The notes: generated by a model not told the origin, from the letters alone. A stretch of 63,016 nt of DNA, filler included, from Craspedostauros australis (GCA_030167865.1; 12 parts of 12 records of this genome joined end to end with filler, not necessarily neighbours in it); one strand, 5' to 3'; positions 35,890 through 48,420 are shown, counted from the first letter of the whole stretch. Numbers and translations are program-made.

Positions 35890-36311
35890 ATGGGCAACCA
35901 AGCATCCGCACCAGCACCAGAGCCAGCGGTAAGAGATTGGATCGAGGAAGCGCGCCATTGATCTGCAACCAACAACACTGTGAAACGCAATTGCGCAAAC
36001 CGAACGATTCTGCCAGTGTCTTCGGCCGATATTGCCAACTACCATCATCTCACAACAACAACATCAATTGTCATTGCGCTCTCTCGTTTTGCGCGGCACC
36101 CGCTTGCATCCAACGATTTCGCCCACAGGCCAAGAAGGCACCACGCAAGGTGGGCATCAAGACGGGCAAGCCAATCTGCTGCTGCTGCCCCGACACCAAG
36201 AAGGCTCGCGACGAATGCGTCGTGTTCAAGGGCGAGGAGGATCCGGATTGTCAGAAGCTCATCAATCTGCACAAGGCCTGTTTGCGGGATGAAGGATTCG
36301 ATGTCAAATAG
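35890..36311 (+). CDS. COX17: Cytochrome c oxidase copper chaperone; exons 35890-35928 and 36129-36311
   Basis: KPICCCCPDTKKARDEC..C..LINLHKACLRDEGF (CCxC + twin CX9C); phase-0 GTAAG..CACAG intron. Confidence 0.93.
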
Positions 36312-36995
36312 TAGGAGAAATTGAGTTCTGCGGAGTGAAGCGAAGTTGAGGATACCGGAAACATGACGCAACCAACGAGCATTTGTTCATTCATTCATGC
36401 AAGGAGAGGAGGAGGAAGATCTTGACTCTGAAATTGAAGCCTTGACGAGTATGCAATGTAGCAGCCAGACACGAACGTGGTATTATACTTCATGGTATGA
36501 AATGATTGCGGATGATGTGGCGTGATGGACGAAGCATGCAACGAAACGGAAGTAAGAGAAGAAATGGAAATGGAATGAATTGATGGCATCAATGGATGGA
36601 TCAGATGATACAAACGGTGATGCTTTGGGTGAAAAGCGCAATAGCAACATCAGCTGCAAAAGGTCGCCACGAAAGGAGCAAATTCATTACGCAGTGTATT
36701 CCAGCATGCGCTCATCGTTGCTCCCATGGGTGTGGAAACATCGTACTCAAACTCGAACTTGGACTCGAACTCTGTAAGAATGAAGCATTGCATTCTCTCA
36801 TACAGCCAGACACGTAGCGTACATAGAACAAAATATGCAAAAGTATCGATTAACCATCGATTATTGTATGGCATGAATGTCACGCTGCGGTACTGCGGTC
36901 CTCTCGCCTGTTTTGAAACCATGGCTGTGAACATATCGCGAACGGGAGATACCAGTAGGCAGAGCACCAATAAAACACACCACAGGAGCGCGCTG

Positions 36996-37817
36996 CTATA
37001 CCTCCGCCAGCTGCTTCTCCTTTCCCGCGGAACTTGGATCTGCAAGCGCTGTGGACGCTGCCGCCACCGCATTGCTACCGCTCGCTCCCGGCAGCGTATT
37101 GACGTGCACCTTCTTGAACTCCAGAAGGACCGGATAGAGCTTGGTGAGCGCGTTGCTGAGGTCAATCTCCTTCTTCGCTCCCGTGATGACGACCTTGCCG
37201 CTGACGAATATGAGAAAGACGACGCGAGGACTGACGAGACGATATATGAGACCAGGAAAGAGCTCGGGCTCGTAGGACGCAAAGGCCGAATGGGCGTAGA
37301 CCAGCCCCTCCAGACGAATGGGAAAGCCGACGTCCGTCGTTCCCACGATGTTCTGCACCTTGAAATCCAAGAAGTCGTTGGGCTTGAAGCCGACGCGCTC
37401 GATGATGTAGGCGAACTTCTTGGCCGCCAGCGTGGCGTTGTGCGTGGAGCGCACCCCCGTGACGCACATCTTGCCGCTGCTGAAGATGAGCGCCGTCGAT
37501 CGCGGCTCGCGCAGGCGCATGATGACGGCCCCGAAGCGTCGCGGGTTGAATTCCGTGTTGCGGCATTTGAGCGCCACCTTCTTGAGGTCCAGGCGCACCC
37601 CTAACGTGGCCGTGCAGGAGATGTTCTGGATGCGGATCAGCAGCGTCCCGCCCGTGACGCCGTCCGAAGCCTCGATCACGGATCCCGCGAGGCTCGTGGT
37701 GTGAGTCGTCGTCGTTGCGTCCGGGATGGCCAGGGCGCTCTTCGATAGAGCGGTGCCATCGTGCTCCGCGCCGCCCTTGTCCTTCGATCCGCCCGTGCTC
37801 GACATTCTGCCGCTCAT
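36996..37817 (-). CDS. TBP: TATA-box binding protein
   Basis: Two TBP repeats ([56 protein letters not shown]); all four intercalating Phe present. Confidence 0.97.
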   Translation of the reverse strand: MSGRMSSTGGSKDKGGAEHDGTALSKSALAIPDATTTTHTTSLAGSVIEASDGVTGGTLLIRIQNISCTATLGVRLDLKKVALKCRNTEFNPRRFGAVIMRLREPRSTALIFSSGKMCVTGVRSTHNATLAAKKFAYIIERVGFKPNDFLDFKVQNIVGTTDVGFPIRLEGLVYAHSAFASYEPELFPGLIYRLVSPRVVFLIFVSGKVVITGAKKEIDLSNALTKLYPVLLEFKKVHVNTLPGASGSNAVAAASTALADPSSAGKEKQLAEV

Positions 37818-38799
37818 CGTTTGAGTGGTCTTGTCAACGTCGGTTGTGCGAAGATGCTCTGGAGGAGTCGTAAGGAGTACCTAGTACAATCCGATTGCGC
37901 GAGTGTGTAATTGTAATACTTTACAGCAGAACAACAGATGAGTGAAGATTGAAGATTGAAGGAAGACACGTTTGGTGAGATTGTGGTTGCTCCACGATGT
38001 TTGGGATTCCGTAGTTTTTGGACTTGTCGCGTTGTCTCGCTGTTTGTTTCTGTCGGAGCAATTCGTGAACCAAGTGGATGATGATTCCCGATTTACGACT
38101 ATAGATTAGGTGCTTGTGTAGACCTGAATGGAAATGAATCCAATCGATTTCTGGAAGGTCTGTCCACCTATCCGTCGTCGCGTCAACGCTTCAACCCTTC
38201 TTCGTTTTGTTCTTTGTGGACGAGGACGTTCCCACCACCGATTGTCGTTCGCATTTGGTGTCTTGTGCGATCATCGTCCGCACGCCAAATGTCCACGTCA
38301 GCCAATTCTCGTGATGATCTTGCCGTTCACGGTGTGGAAGTTCGCAGTTCGTTTTCTGAATTCGGCTAAATGAGGTACAGAGTTTGCACAAAAGTGATTT
38401 TGTGGCGTGGGCGATTGTCGCCATGTTCGCCAATTGAACACAACGAAATGACATGGTTTGTCGTGCGCGACAACCGCGACGACAAATGGGGAAAGGAATG
38501 CTCAACCATTCACCCATCATCATTCTTCGAGATGTGTGTCGTTGGAATGGAAACAGAAATCGAAAAAGAAAAGAAGAAAACGAGAGGGAGGTGAACATGT
38601 GGAAGGGAAGGGTTCGCATGTAATGGCATGGCTCAGTGCACTTCATGGTTACCTGCGATCACTCACGACCAGTACCATGCATGCCATCGTTGCCGGAAGC
38701 AACTCCGCATCATCCACGTAGAGCGCAGCCGCACAAAAACAAAACAAAACCAAACAAAGCAGAACAGAACAGAATCAAGCATCACCTCGGACATCCACC

Positions 38800-39690
38800 A
38801 TGAGCGTCGTGCGTGAGATCATGGCAGCGGGCCCAGGCTGCGCCATCGCCAACGGAGTCCTGAACGGATTCGAGACCGTGAAGGTGAAGCTGCAGCTGCA
38901 CAATGCCAGCAAGCCGGTGTACCACACTCCCACGATGACGGGCGTCATGGCGCAGATCATCAAGGAGGAAGGTTTGGTGAGGGGTTTGGTGGTGCCGGGA
39001 TTGTCGGCCTCCCTCACGCGGTCCATCATTTACGGCGGCTACCGCGTGGGCCTCTACTCCGCCACACGCGATTGGTTGTCCGGAAGCAGCAGCTCCAACG
39101 GCGGCACCGTCAAGATGCAGCACCGCATCATGAGCGGCATGTTCACGGGCGCCTTGGGTTCCATGCTCACGTGTCCGTTGGACATGGTCCGCACCCGCAT
39201 GCAGGCCGATGCCGGCTTGGTGCGCAACGGCATGTACACGACGGGCCTGCGCAAGGGCAAGGCCGTGCGGTACCATGATCTCACCCGCGCCTTCGTCACC
39301 ATCCTGCGAGACGAAGGCCTCACGCGAGGTCTCTTCCGCGGCGCCAGCGTCACGGTGCTGCGAGCCGCGTGTCTCAACGGGGCGCAGCTGGCGAGCTACG
39401 ATACCATGAAGAGGACGCTGGGTTGGCAGGAGGGGCCCGTGCTGCACTTCGTCTGCGCCTTCTGCAGCGGCGTCATCGCGCAGACCGTTGTCATGCCCAT
39501 CGACACCATCAAGAGCGCCATGATGGTGGGAGGCACGTGGCAGTCGGTCGGTCGGCGCATCGTCACGAATGGACCCTTCTGGTTTTACCGCGGCTGCATA
39601 CCTGCCTGCGCCGGACAGGGCTTGATCATGGTCCTGCAGATGCCGCTCATCGAGCAATTCCGGATGATGCTGGGCGTCAAAGCGCTGTGA
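38800..39690 (+). CDS. Mitochondrial carrier (SLC25; UCP/oxaloacetate-carrier-like)
   Basis: Signature motifs FETVKVKLQ, PLDMVRTRMQ, PIDTIKS; EEG..GL and QLASYD. Confidence 0.93.
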   Translation: MSVVREIMAAGPGCAIANGVLNGFETVKVKLQLHNASKPVYHTPTMTGVMAQIIKEEGLVRGLVVPGLSASLTRSIIYGGYRVGLYSATRDWLSGSSSSNGGTVKMQHRIMSGMFTGALGSMLTCPLDMVRTRMQADAGLVRNGMYTTGLRKGKAVRYHDLTRAFVTILRDEGLTRGLFRGASVTVLRAACLNGAQLASYDTMKRTLGWQEGPVLHFVCAFCSGVIAQTVVMPIDTIKSAMMVGGTWQSVGRRIVTNGPFWFYRGCIPACAGQGLIMVLQMPLIEQFRMMLGVKAL

Positions 39691-40003
39691 TCGTCTTACT
39701 CACGACCTTCGTATTCTAGATGGGATTGGGGTTGAGAGTATGACGTGTCATGACATTGCATGTCATGTCACTTTACTCTGTGGACGAACCAGCGACGAGC
39801 AATTCGGAATCCAGCTTCGCGATGTGGTCGCGCCCTGTGCCCTGTTGATGTGGCGCAGCGTCCGTACGAATGTTGACTTTGATGTAACAGCATTCAGCTA
39901 TGGTAGTCGCATCGCAAAGAATGCGATCAATGCTGATACCACGTACCAATATGCTACATACGAGTACACGCATGTGTAGAGGAGTGCGCTTATGTACGAT
40001 GCT

Positions 40004-43000
40004 CTACGAGTTATCAGTATCGCCATGTCTCAGGGGTTGGAACTTCGTTCGGATGACCGACAGCACGTGATGGACCTTGGACAGCAGCACCGTCGATTCA
40101 TTCTGATCGTCAACTTCGGGTTTCATCTTGGCCGTCAACGCGCTGCGATACAGATCCTTGTACTTCGTCTGATCCAGCTTCGCCAGGCTGCGCACCAGCT
40201 TCAGCACCAGCTCTTCCACGGACGTGGCCAGCGTGTTCATCTTGCGTCCCCAATCCGAGAACTGCGCGGACGACAGGCGTGTCTGGAAGCCGTTCACCAC
40301 ATTGGGCGCGAAGGCCAGGTTGGATTCGAGGCAGCATCCCAGCGCCTTCGTCACGCAATCTTCTTCGGCGGATACGGACGAGTACAGGCTCGCAAGGTCG
40401 ATGCAGAGCAGGACGAAGGTCGGTTCGTTCCCCTGTAGCGACGACGAATAATAGGTGAATGCCATGTTGTAATGACTAAAGGCGGCGGACAGCTTCTGCC
40501 TCGTCTTGGTTTCATCGCGTTGGCACGTCCACAGTTTGGAATTCGTCAACGCCAGCTGATAGTGCACGGCGGCTGCCTGCTGGAGGTTGCCGGACTGCTC
40601 GTAGATCTTCAGCGCCTGCTCCATGGGCTCGTAGATCGATCGTTCCTTGCCAGGTGTCAGACGCATGGATTGCAGCACGATGGGGACGTTGCCACCGCCC
40701 ACGAGCGATTGCCGTCTGCGCACGGCAAGCACCAAGAAAGTCGCGGCGAGTTCGTTGCTCACCATGTCCCACGTCATGGGATCCACATCGCGGACTCCCA
40801 GAGACTCATGCGCCGCCTGCAGATGATCCGCGGCCTCCTGCAAGCACTTTTCGGCATGCGTCGTTCCATCCGGCGCGCTAGCTGGCGGTGATGCTGATGC
40901 AGTTGTTGCTGGTGCTGCCGTAGTTGTTGACGATGACGACGCGGAGGTGCTGTTGGTTGCGAATCTGGAGTTGGCCCGGAGCTTGTAGCATTGGCATAGA
41001 TTGCATCGCAACAGCGCCACATTCTGCAAGTCTCCACATGCGCCGAATGCATGCAGACCCTCCAAGAACCAAAATCGGGCAGAGCACAGTAGCCCCTCCG
41101 CCGCCAACGCAACGTACTCGGGTGAACTTTGGCCCGTGGCTGCCGTCCTTGATGTTGCTGTTGTTGATGGCGATGCGAGCAAAGCACGCAGCGCACTCAG
41201 CATCATCTTGCCCGTCTCGTTGCACGCATCTCCCATCCGTTGTCGTAGAAGGTTCAAGATCGACGGTTCATCAGGTCTACCGGATGATTTGGTGGTGGTC
41301 GTTGTTGTTTTTGACGTCGACGTGTGTTTTTGCGATGATGCCTTTGATGGTGATGGTGACTGCAACGATGATGACAATGACGACGACGGAGCTGGCGGTG
41401 CACTTGTAGAAGTTGACGTGTGAACACCAGCACCAGTATCCTCCATACCTTCTGCCGCCACCATGTCTTCGAATGTGCGTATCGCACGATCGTACGCGAT
41501 GCAAGATGCCACTAGCACCTTGCGCTTCTCTCGGTCCAGCAACCGTTGCTTCGACAAGGCCGATTCAGCAGCCGCGACAGCATCTTTCCCAATGCCAGTG
41601 AGCTCGCCTGCGGCCTCGCGACTTGCCTTCTTGGTCTTGCCAAAGTCGAACACGATATCCACCACGCCTGAAAGCGAATTGAACGACACGCATTGATGGC
41701 TGCGATCAAGTATGGTGCGTCGGCATTGGGAATGGAATGATGGAGGTCTCAGATTCAGAATCTGCGCCACAGAGTTGCCTTGCTGGTTCTCGAAGGATTC
41801 CTTGACGTCCTGCAGCACGTAGATGACATCGTCACCTGACGCGTGACCGCGATCGCGCCACAGCTCGTCGGAGGCAAAGGATCTGGCGAAATGGCCGCAA
41901 TGCTCCCAAAGCCAGCAGTACTGAAGTTGGAGGCTTTGGAACAGCTGGCTCGATTGCATCTCCTCCTTTTCGCGGCCCATGTACAGCAAAGAGACGATGG
42001 ATGCGGAGGTGGATATGCGATGACCCGCGAGCCTCAATGCCTGCATCGCGCTGGATGAGAAGTAGTTGCGCAAGTGATGCTCGGCAAGACGCAGCGTGAC
42101 GTTGATGAGTTTGTAGTGCAAGCCGAACAGCTGCATGTTCACGGCTTCGTTCATTTCCATGAATTGTTCCGGGATCCTGTTGGGGTTGCCGAAGCCATCG
42201 CTGTCATTGCTGCTCTCGTTGCTGCAATCTTCCTCGTCTTCGTCGTCATCGTCGTCATCTCCGCTCATGCGTGCTGTAACGGTCTGCGGCCTGCTTGAAA
42301 TGCTGCTTGCATTCTCTGCGTGCCGTCGGCTTCGTTTCAACCGCCGTTGCTTCCGTCTCTCCATCTGCTCCACAGCAACCTTCGATACCTTCTCCAACAC
42401 AGGCCAGAGGATCTTTATGCCTCTGACCAGGTAATCCTGCGATTTGGTGAGGCTGTCGATCGTGATGTGAGCGTATGGTTGTGTGTGTGATCGCGGTGGC
42501 CTTCGCTTGGCCTCCTCCGAGAACGACATAACCGGGCGTGGCATGGATGAAGGTTGCGATGAGGCTGACTTGCTGCTTGCTCGGACATCGCCGTCCTTAC
42601 CTTCTCCACGCAAATTGGACGATGATCGTCTTGCCGTGCCGCTTTTGCTGCTTTCGTTGATGTTGGCACTGTCCACCTCACCTCCAAGGTACGTCTCGGA
42701 TAAATGCTCGTAGACGGATGCCACCAAGCTTTCATGTGCCTTTCCATCCATATCCTTTAGATCATCCAGCAGATCAAGCGTGGTTTGCAGCAGACTGCGT
42801 TGCCTGTCGCGAAAGCTTCGTCGTTTGCTGTTGAGAAACGACTTGTCGAACTGCGACGCTGACGAAGGCATGGATGCAGATGGCGATACAGATGGTGATG
42901 ATGGGGACGAAGCCGGCATATGATCAGGCCCATCTTCCATCATGGATTCCAAATGCCGCAGCCGCAGAGCGAATCGGTAGGACATCGTGGCCAACCACCA

Positions 43001-45517
43001 CACCCACTTCTTCTGTCGTTGCGTGGAGATGGAGGAGATATCGTATAGCTGGATGTTGGTCTGCCCTGCATCCCTCGACAGCAAGTACGTCGCATTGTTC
43101 TTCGTGCAATTCGCCTTGAGGAAACGCAGCAGGGCGGAGGCATTCATCTCCATGATCTGAGGCGAGAATATCTCATCGGCATCCGTGCCGTCCTGTCGAT
43201 TGCTGGTGACCTGCGATGGGCGCCCACGCTTGACGGATGAGATTGGGTATTTGGAATCCGTCTGGAGCGTGTCCGAATTCATGAGCATGCTGGGGATGTC
43301 GTTGGTTTGCATCAGCTTGACGCTCTGTATGAAGCCTTTTTCGCGCAGGCAAAGTGCGAGCTGCGGCACATTCGCCATAAGATTGTCCAGGTAAGCATCC
43401 AAAACGATACTCAAAGGCGTTGGTTGGCTTGCTGGCGATGTACCTCCTGCCACTCCCATGGCATTATGAAACCCTGCCATCGAAGAATCGTTGCCTGGCT
43501 GATCTGAAAGCTGCATGCCCCCTACCATGGCACTGGCGGCTGTACCATCGAAACCTGATGGCTCATTCTGCAACAATCCGCCAAGCGGGCCAGACGAGGG
43601 GACAATGCAAGTTTGCAATCGGACCTTGTCGAGGTTTGGAGCCGAAAAGGTCTCGACTGCATCTGCGTCTGGGTGTTCGCCATCGTCTTTGCTGTCGTCG
43701 TCAATGCTGCGATCGCCACCATCCCGCTGTTGATGTTGCTGCTGTTGCTGCTTGTTATGGAAGCGATTTTCATCATGACCCTTCTTGTTTGTTCTCGTCA
43801 AATGTGCATTGCGTTTTTGCGCTAATACTGCTGTCGCTGATGATGCACGATTTCCCATGATCGGCGCATGATGCAACTGATCAGCAACGGCCTGGGCGTA
43901 CGACGGCTTGCCTCGTTGGGCAAGAGGTGGCACCTGATGATCTGGAATGTAGAGCTTCTGCGCCACGCGCTCCTGATGCCGCTCAAACAGTTGCCGCAGG
44001 TCGTTCACATCTTCGACCCGAATTGCAAGAGCCGTGGTTTCGGAAGGGGCATGGGTGGTGTGCAGATTGGGATGACCATATCCTGGCTGCGATGATCTGG
44101 ACGGGCCGAAGGGATGGCTCAAACCGATGGGTGACGATGGAGCTGATGGCATCGATGATGACGATGAAGTGGAAGCAGAAGATTGGTTCGGTGCATTTGA
44201 TGTTGATGATGATGATGGCGTAGATGATGACGATGATGGTGAAGATGTGGATGGCGTAGATGATGACGATGACGATGATGACGACGATGACATCGGTTGC
44301 CGCACTATCATTGCATCGGAACCGACCAGCAGATTCATGTCACGGAATTTCCATTGTACGTATTCTCGTGGATTTGGTGGAATGGAAACCGCATGAGAAG
44401 ACGCTGTCGTCGGCGAGTTGCCTCGCCCTGCCGCCGTTGACGCATATTCGTATGACGAAGTGGAGGACGGTGCGCCACCCATCAGTGATGTTTCTGACAG
44501 TGTCCAATTGACCTTGTCGAGCAGTATTTGACCCCGTTCCGCGAACACTGGCGATGAGGACGATAATGGCGAAGACGGTGTGGAGGAGGATGGCGTCGAC
44601 GCCATCGTTGATGAAGACAGATGGAAGGGCGAATGCGAACGCGAGCTCGCCCTTCGACGTTCCTGCTGCACATGAGCAATGAAGTTGTTGAGGATCGTGA
44701 GCGCTTCGCTCGTGTTGTTCCAATTGCTGGCATCCGTAGTCTTGGACAATGCCAAAGCCAGAGAATGCTGGATTCTGCCAACCTCGGCAGGTGCTTCATC
44801 GGTGGACGCCGCAGGGAACGACTGCTGCGTGGTTTCATCGGAAGATGCGAGGCCTTCAACCGATGCAGGCTCTGCACTTCCACCATCACCGTCACGGCTG
44901 TCATCATCGTCATCATCGTCATCACCGTCATCGCTCATCCGATCGTGTTCATCCAGGGCAATGGTCGGAGTGGACCGCTCCTGATGAGGGTCTTCGTTGT
45001 GAAGATGCCTCCTCCTTTGCTGCTGGCCACTCGCCTTGGCTTTATTTGTTGCTGCAGCCGCATGCGCCAGATCGTACCTCGCCGTGGACGCATCATCCAC
45101 GAGCAGCATGCCATCGACGTTGTGAATCGCGATGGACAGCGGCTTGTTGGACGAGTACGGCAGCGAGAACAAGCTTTTGACGGCCGGACTCGTTCCGATG
45201 AAATCGAGGTCGCCGTTTGCATTGGCAGCGGGTGCAACATCGTGCCCGCCATGCACATCGGTGGATGGAGAAGGAGCGACGATCGGAGCTTGGGCAATCA
45301 CGGACAATCTCGATTCGGCCATTGCGTCGCTCTTCTCATCGTTGCTGCACTCCTCTGTACTTTCATTGCGTGCCTGTATGTGCGGCTGCGGCTGAACTGC
45401 CTGCTGCGATTGTTGTGCATTCCTCATCGATCCAAGACGGAGCTGAGCCGATGTCTCCTTTTGGAGCTGGGAGTGCGAGTTCGAGTGCCGTCGTTCGTCT
45501 CGTCCGTTTTGCTTCAA
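40004..45517 (-). CDS. EDRF1: EDRF1 (erythroid differentiation-related factor 1)-like protein; start uncertain
   Basis: VKSLFSLPYS..LSIAIHNV, W..MNLLVGSD, LDAYLDNLMANVPQLALC, FSPQ..NASALLRFLKANCT, IQLYDIS; helical TPR-like C-terminal half with low-complexity inserts. Confidence 0.82.
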   Translation of the reverse strand: MKQNGRDERRHSNSHSQLQKETSAQLRLGSMRNAQQSQQAVQPQPHIQARNESTEECSNDEKSDAMAESRLSVIAQAPIVAPSPSTDVHGGHDVAPAANANGDLDFIGTSPAVKSLFSLPYSSNKPLSIAIHNVDGMLLVDDASTARYDLAHAAAATNKAKASGQQQRRRHLHNEDPHQERSTPTIALDEHDRMSDDGDDDDDDDDSRDGDGGSAEPASVEGLASSDETTQQSFPAASTDEAPAEVGRIQHSLALALSKTTDASNWNNTSEALTILNNFIAHVQQERRRASSRSHSPFHLSSSTMASTPSSSTPSSPLSSSSPVFAERGQILLDKVNWTLSETSLMGGAPSSTSSYEYASTAAGRGNSPTTASSHAVSIPPNPREYVQWKFRDMNLLVGSDAMIVRQPMSSSSSSSSSSSTPSTSSPSSSSSTPSSSSTSNAPNQSSASTSSSSSMPSAPSSPIGLSHPFGPSRSSQPGYGHPNLHTTHAPSETTALAIRVEDVNDLRQLFERHQERVAQKLYIPDHQVPPLAQRGKPSYAQAVADQLHHAPIMGNRASSATAVLAQKRNAHLTRTNKKGHDENRFHNKQQQQQHQQRDGGDRSIDDDSKDDGEHPDADAVETFSAPNLDKVRLQTCIVPSSGPLGGLLQNEPSGFDGTAASAMVGGMQLSDQPGNDSSMAGFHNAMGVAGGTSPASQPTPLSIVLDAYLDNLMANVPQLALCLREKGFIQSVKLMQTNDIPSMLMNSDTLQTDSKYPISSVKRGRPSQVTSNRQDGTDADEIFSPQIMEMNASALLRFLKANCTKNNATYLLSRDAGQTNIQLYDISSISTQRQKKWVWWLATMSYRFALRLRHLESMMEDGPDHMPASSPSSPSVSPSASMPSSASQFDKSFLNSKRRSFRDRQRSLLQTTLDLLDDLKDMDGKAHESLVASVYEHLSETYLGGEVDSANINESSKSGTARRSSSNLRGEGKDGDVRASSKSASSQPSSMPRPVMSFSEEAKRRPPRSHTQPYAHITIDSLTKSQDYLVRGIKILWPVLEKVSKVAVEQMERRKQRRLKRSRRHAENASSISSRPQTVTARMSGDDDDDDEDEEDCSNESSNDSDGFGNPNRIPEQFMEMNEAVNMQLFGLHYKLINVTLRLAEHHLRNYFSSSAMQALRLAGHRISTSASIVSLLYMGREKEEMQSSQLFQSLQLQYCWLWEHCGHFARSFASDELWRDRGHASGDDVIYVLQDVKESFENQQGNSVAQILNLRPPSFHSQCRRTILDRSHQCVSFNSLSGVVDIVFDFGKTKKASREAAGELTGIGKDAVAAAESALSKQRLLDREKRKVLVASCIAYDRAIRTFEDMVAAEGMEDTGAGVHTSTSTSAPPAPSSSLSSSLQSPSPSKASSQKHTSTSKTTTTTTKSSGRPDEPSILNLLRQRMGDACNETGKMMLSALRALLASPSTTATSRTAATGQSSPEYVALAAEGLLCSARFWFLEGLHAFGACGDLQNVALLRCNLCQCYKLRANSRFATNSTSASSSSTTTAAPATTASASPPASAPDGTTHAEKCLQEAADHLQAAHESLGVRDVDPMTWDMVSNELAATFLVLAVRRRQSLVGGGNVPIVLQSMRLTPGKERSIYEPMEQALKIYEQSGNLQQAAAVHYQLALTNSKLWTCQRDETKTRQKLSAAFSHYNMAFTYYSSSLQGNEPTFVLLCIDLASLYSSVSAEEDCVTKALGCCLESNLAFAPNVVNGFQTRLSSAQFSDWGRKMNTLATSVEELVLKLVRSLAKLDQTKYKDLYRSALTAKMKPEVDDQNESTVLLSKVHHVLSVIRTKFQPLRHGDTDNS

Positions 45518-46185
45518 CTCTGCGGTGCGACGCTGTCAATCCCTTCGTTCCTACGTCGCTACTTGGGAGATGCTATGGCCGGTGCCGTTCCTGTTGGAAT
45601 CGTTACTGCATGCGCTCAGACTCTCTGCTGGAGATCACCGTCGTTCACAACTTGTGGAGAAGGAGGTTTGCACCGATGTGCCTGTGATGCTGAATGCGGA
45701 GACTCCACGATCTACTCGTACGGCCTACCACAACAAACATGTGCCAAACCAAAGGGAAGGTATCGTTGCTCTGCCGCCACATTCGTTCCGGCGATGCGTT
45801 CTCCTTCTTTGGAGTTCTTTTTCTTCTTCATCACATCAACTGTATTCGTGATTGCACAAAGCGTGATTGCATGTTGGATGGATCGAAGTGGTCAACTGCA
45901 GATATTGACAAATCCCATCATTCAAGTCACGATTTCGACACGACTGACGTTTCTCGTTGGCACGAAACGCGTCGCCGGATTTTGTGTGTGCGAGGGAGCG
46001 TGTTCGTTGGAGGGAGTTGCGGCACGCTGCCAACACAAAGTAGTGCTCAGGTGGATGAGTGTGTTCATTGGCATTACTTGCGTCAGCATCATCATTCCAT
46101 TTCATTCTGTTCACCGACCTGTGCAAAGATCGTCGTTAACTCGTTCATTCGTTCGTTCGTTCATTCCAACAAGCTGAGCATCACG

Positions 46186-47778
46186 ATGAGACTGCCAGGA
46201 GTGGGGATTTTCCTTGGTGCCATTCTGCTGGCAGCCAACAACGAAATCGGGGAGGCATTCGTGCAGCAGCATTCATCTCCAGCAGCCGGCGTATCCGTGG
46301 TGCCGCAGCAGTGCGGATTGCCATTCGAGGGAGCTGCCGATTCGAGAAGACTCGTGGCGAGTGTGTTGTTTGCATCGTCGGATGGTGATGATGCCTCCAC
46401 GACGGAGGATGCTGCGCGGCATCAACGTGGGAAGACGAAGGACCACAACCAGTTCATGCAAAATGCGGTGCGCAACGCGATGAGCCTGCTCGCGGCCGCC
46501 GGCATCTTTGCTTGCGCGGCTGGCACAACCACCATGCTTGCGCCACCGTCCGCGGCGAACGCCATCGAGCTCGACCTCTCCCGCGGAGCCTTCGTCGTGG
46601 AAACGTCGCTGCCGCCGCAGCAATCGCTGATCAAGTCCAGGGTCGACACGACGAGCCTCGCCAAGACCGTCTTCACGAACCGCAAGGAGCTCACGGCGTC
46701 GTGGCAGCGCATACAGGCGTCGATCGGACAGGAGCTGGCATCGCCGGCGTGGGCCGAGGTGCAGCGTGAGATCATGTCCGTGCAGGGCGATGTGCAGCCG
46801 ACCGTCAAGGTGCTCGCGCCCGCCGATTGGAAGCAGACCGTCAAGGACCTCAAGCAGGGACGCCTCAACTTTCTGTACAACGGGGAGATCGTCAACGTCA
46901 AGGTGGAACCGGCGTTTGGGTCGACGGAGGACAACATCATCATTCGCGTGCAGGGATACAAGGGGACGGAGATAGCGAAGCGTCTGGCGGAGGAGCGGGC
47001 GCAAGCGGAGGCCCTGGCCTTGGCGCAGCCCAAGACGCCCTTCCAGCTGGATTTGCCGAAGGGACCCATCGCACGCACCATCTCCGAATCCACAGAGTTT
47101 TGGGATTATTGGGATTCGCCGTTGGATGAAAAGGTAGGCGTCATTGCTGTTGATTGCCATGGTGTGCACTCGCTGTGTACTGAGACTGCAACCGATCCAT
47201 CGATCGTCTCTCCCTTCCCTCATCATCATGTTGATTTCCTCTTTGCTTCATTCCCGCACTTGCATGATACTGCATTCGCATCCTAGTACATCTTCAACGG
47301 AGAGCAAGTGTCCAAGGGCACCGTGATCAGCCTGGGAGCGGCCGGATCCGTAGGTTTCATGTACCTCTTCTCGTACGGATACCACATGGACCTCCAAAGT
47401 GATGCGGATCGACGGGAGAAGGAGAACCGTGAGAAGGCTGCCATACGAGCGGCCGAGGTAAGGGAAGCCACGAAACGCAAGAAGGAGGAGGACAGACTGC
47501 GAGCGATCGAGGAGAAGAAACGGCAGGAAGAGGAAGCGGCGGTCGAGGCTGCTGCCATCGAGGCGAGGCAAGAGCTGAAGGTGAGGGAAGAGCAGAAGAC
47601 CAAGGAGGAGTCGGAGCGGCAGCTGACCGAGGCAGCTACCCAGTCACGCAAGGCTTTTGACGAGGTGCGTCGGCAGGTTGCTGCTGGTGATGATAGCAAT
47701 GATCGCAGTGGTGGTGATGATAACGGCGGTGGCAGTGGCGATCGCAAGCATCGCTTCCGATTCTGGCTCAACAAATGA
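46186..47778 (+). CDS. Putative plastid/thylakoid-targeted membrane protein; exons 46186-47133 and 47287-47778
   Basis: Signal peptide ending GEA|F; second hydrophobic stretch ending ANA|IEL; one transmembrane segment (VISLGAAGSVGFMYLFSY) then a coiled coil. Phase-0 GTAGG..CCTAG intron. Confidence 0.8.
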
Positions 47779-48420
47779 GCTAGGACCTCTGCGTGAGCGC
47801 ATCCATGTGCAATGACCATATGCAAAGACCATGTCCATCTATACACGCACGCAGAACAATGGCTTCGTTTCGGAGTGATGCTTTTCGTTAAGGCAGCTGA
47901 AGGGCAAGGAGAAGATCGAACAGAACGAATAGCACCACGTGATGCAAACAGACAAGATGCCAAGTCAGCTCATTCTGATTGCAATACTGACACCTGTTGG
48001 TGTCTTGTATGTTGCGGAGGCGGATGCAACTTGTAGCCCATGGTGGTAGTTCACTCGTCGGTTCTCCACGCTTGTTTCACATTGTTGTTTGCAACCAAGT
48101 GACCCTGAGATCACAGATTGAGCGATTCCTGAATGAAGCGATGTGTGTATGAGCGCGTGCAGAGTGCTCTATTGATCTCTCCCTCTCCAGAAAGTTATTG
48201 ACAGTCCTACTCATACCAGTACGACTGTGCAAGTCGTCGACTCCCTGTTCCCATTCCCATCCCACCCAGCACTAATATGCAATCTGGATTTACTTATATA
48301 ACTGTACGAAAAGTGCTCGCCCCATCCTTCGTTTGGCTTCGATCGATTCCGCCCCAATCAATCTTGACTTGGATCCACGGAAACGCGCGAGTGCTTCGGC
48401 GGATCCCTCTCATCACCGAC

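Noticed and set aside
36726..47229. Long antisense or overlapping ORFs (36726-37604, 38782-39657, 44621-46177, 46273-47229)
   Set aside because: Shadows of GC-rich real genes; no motifs of their own.
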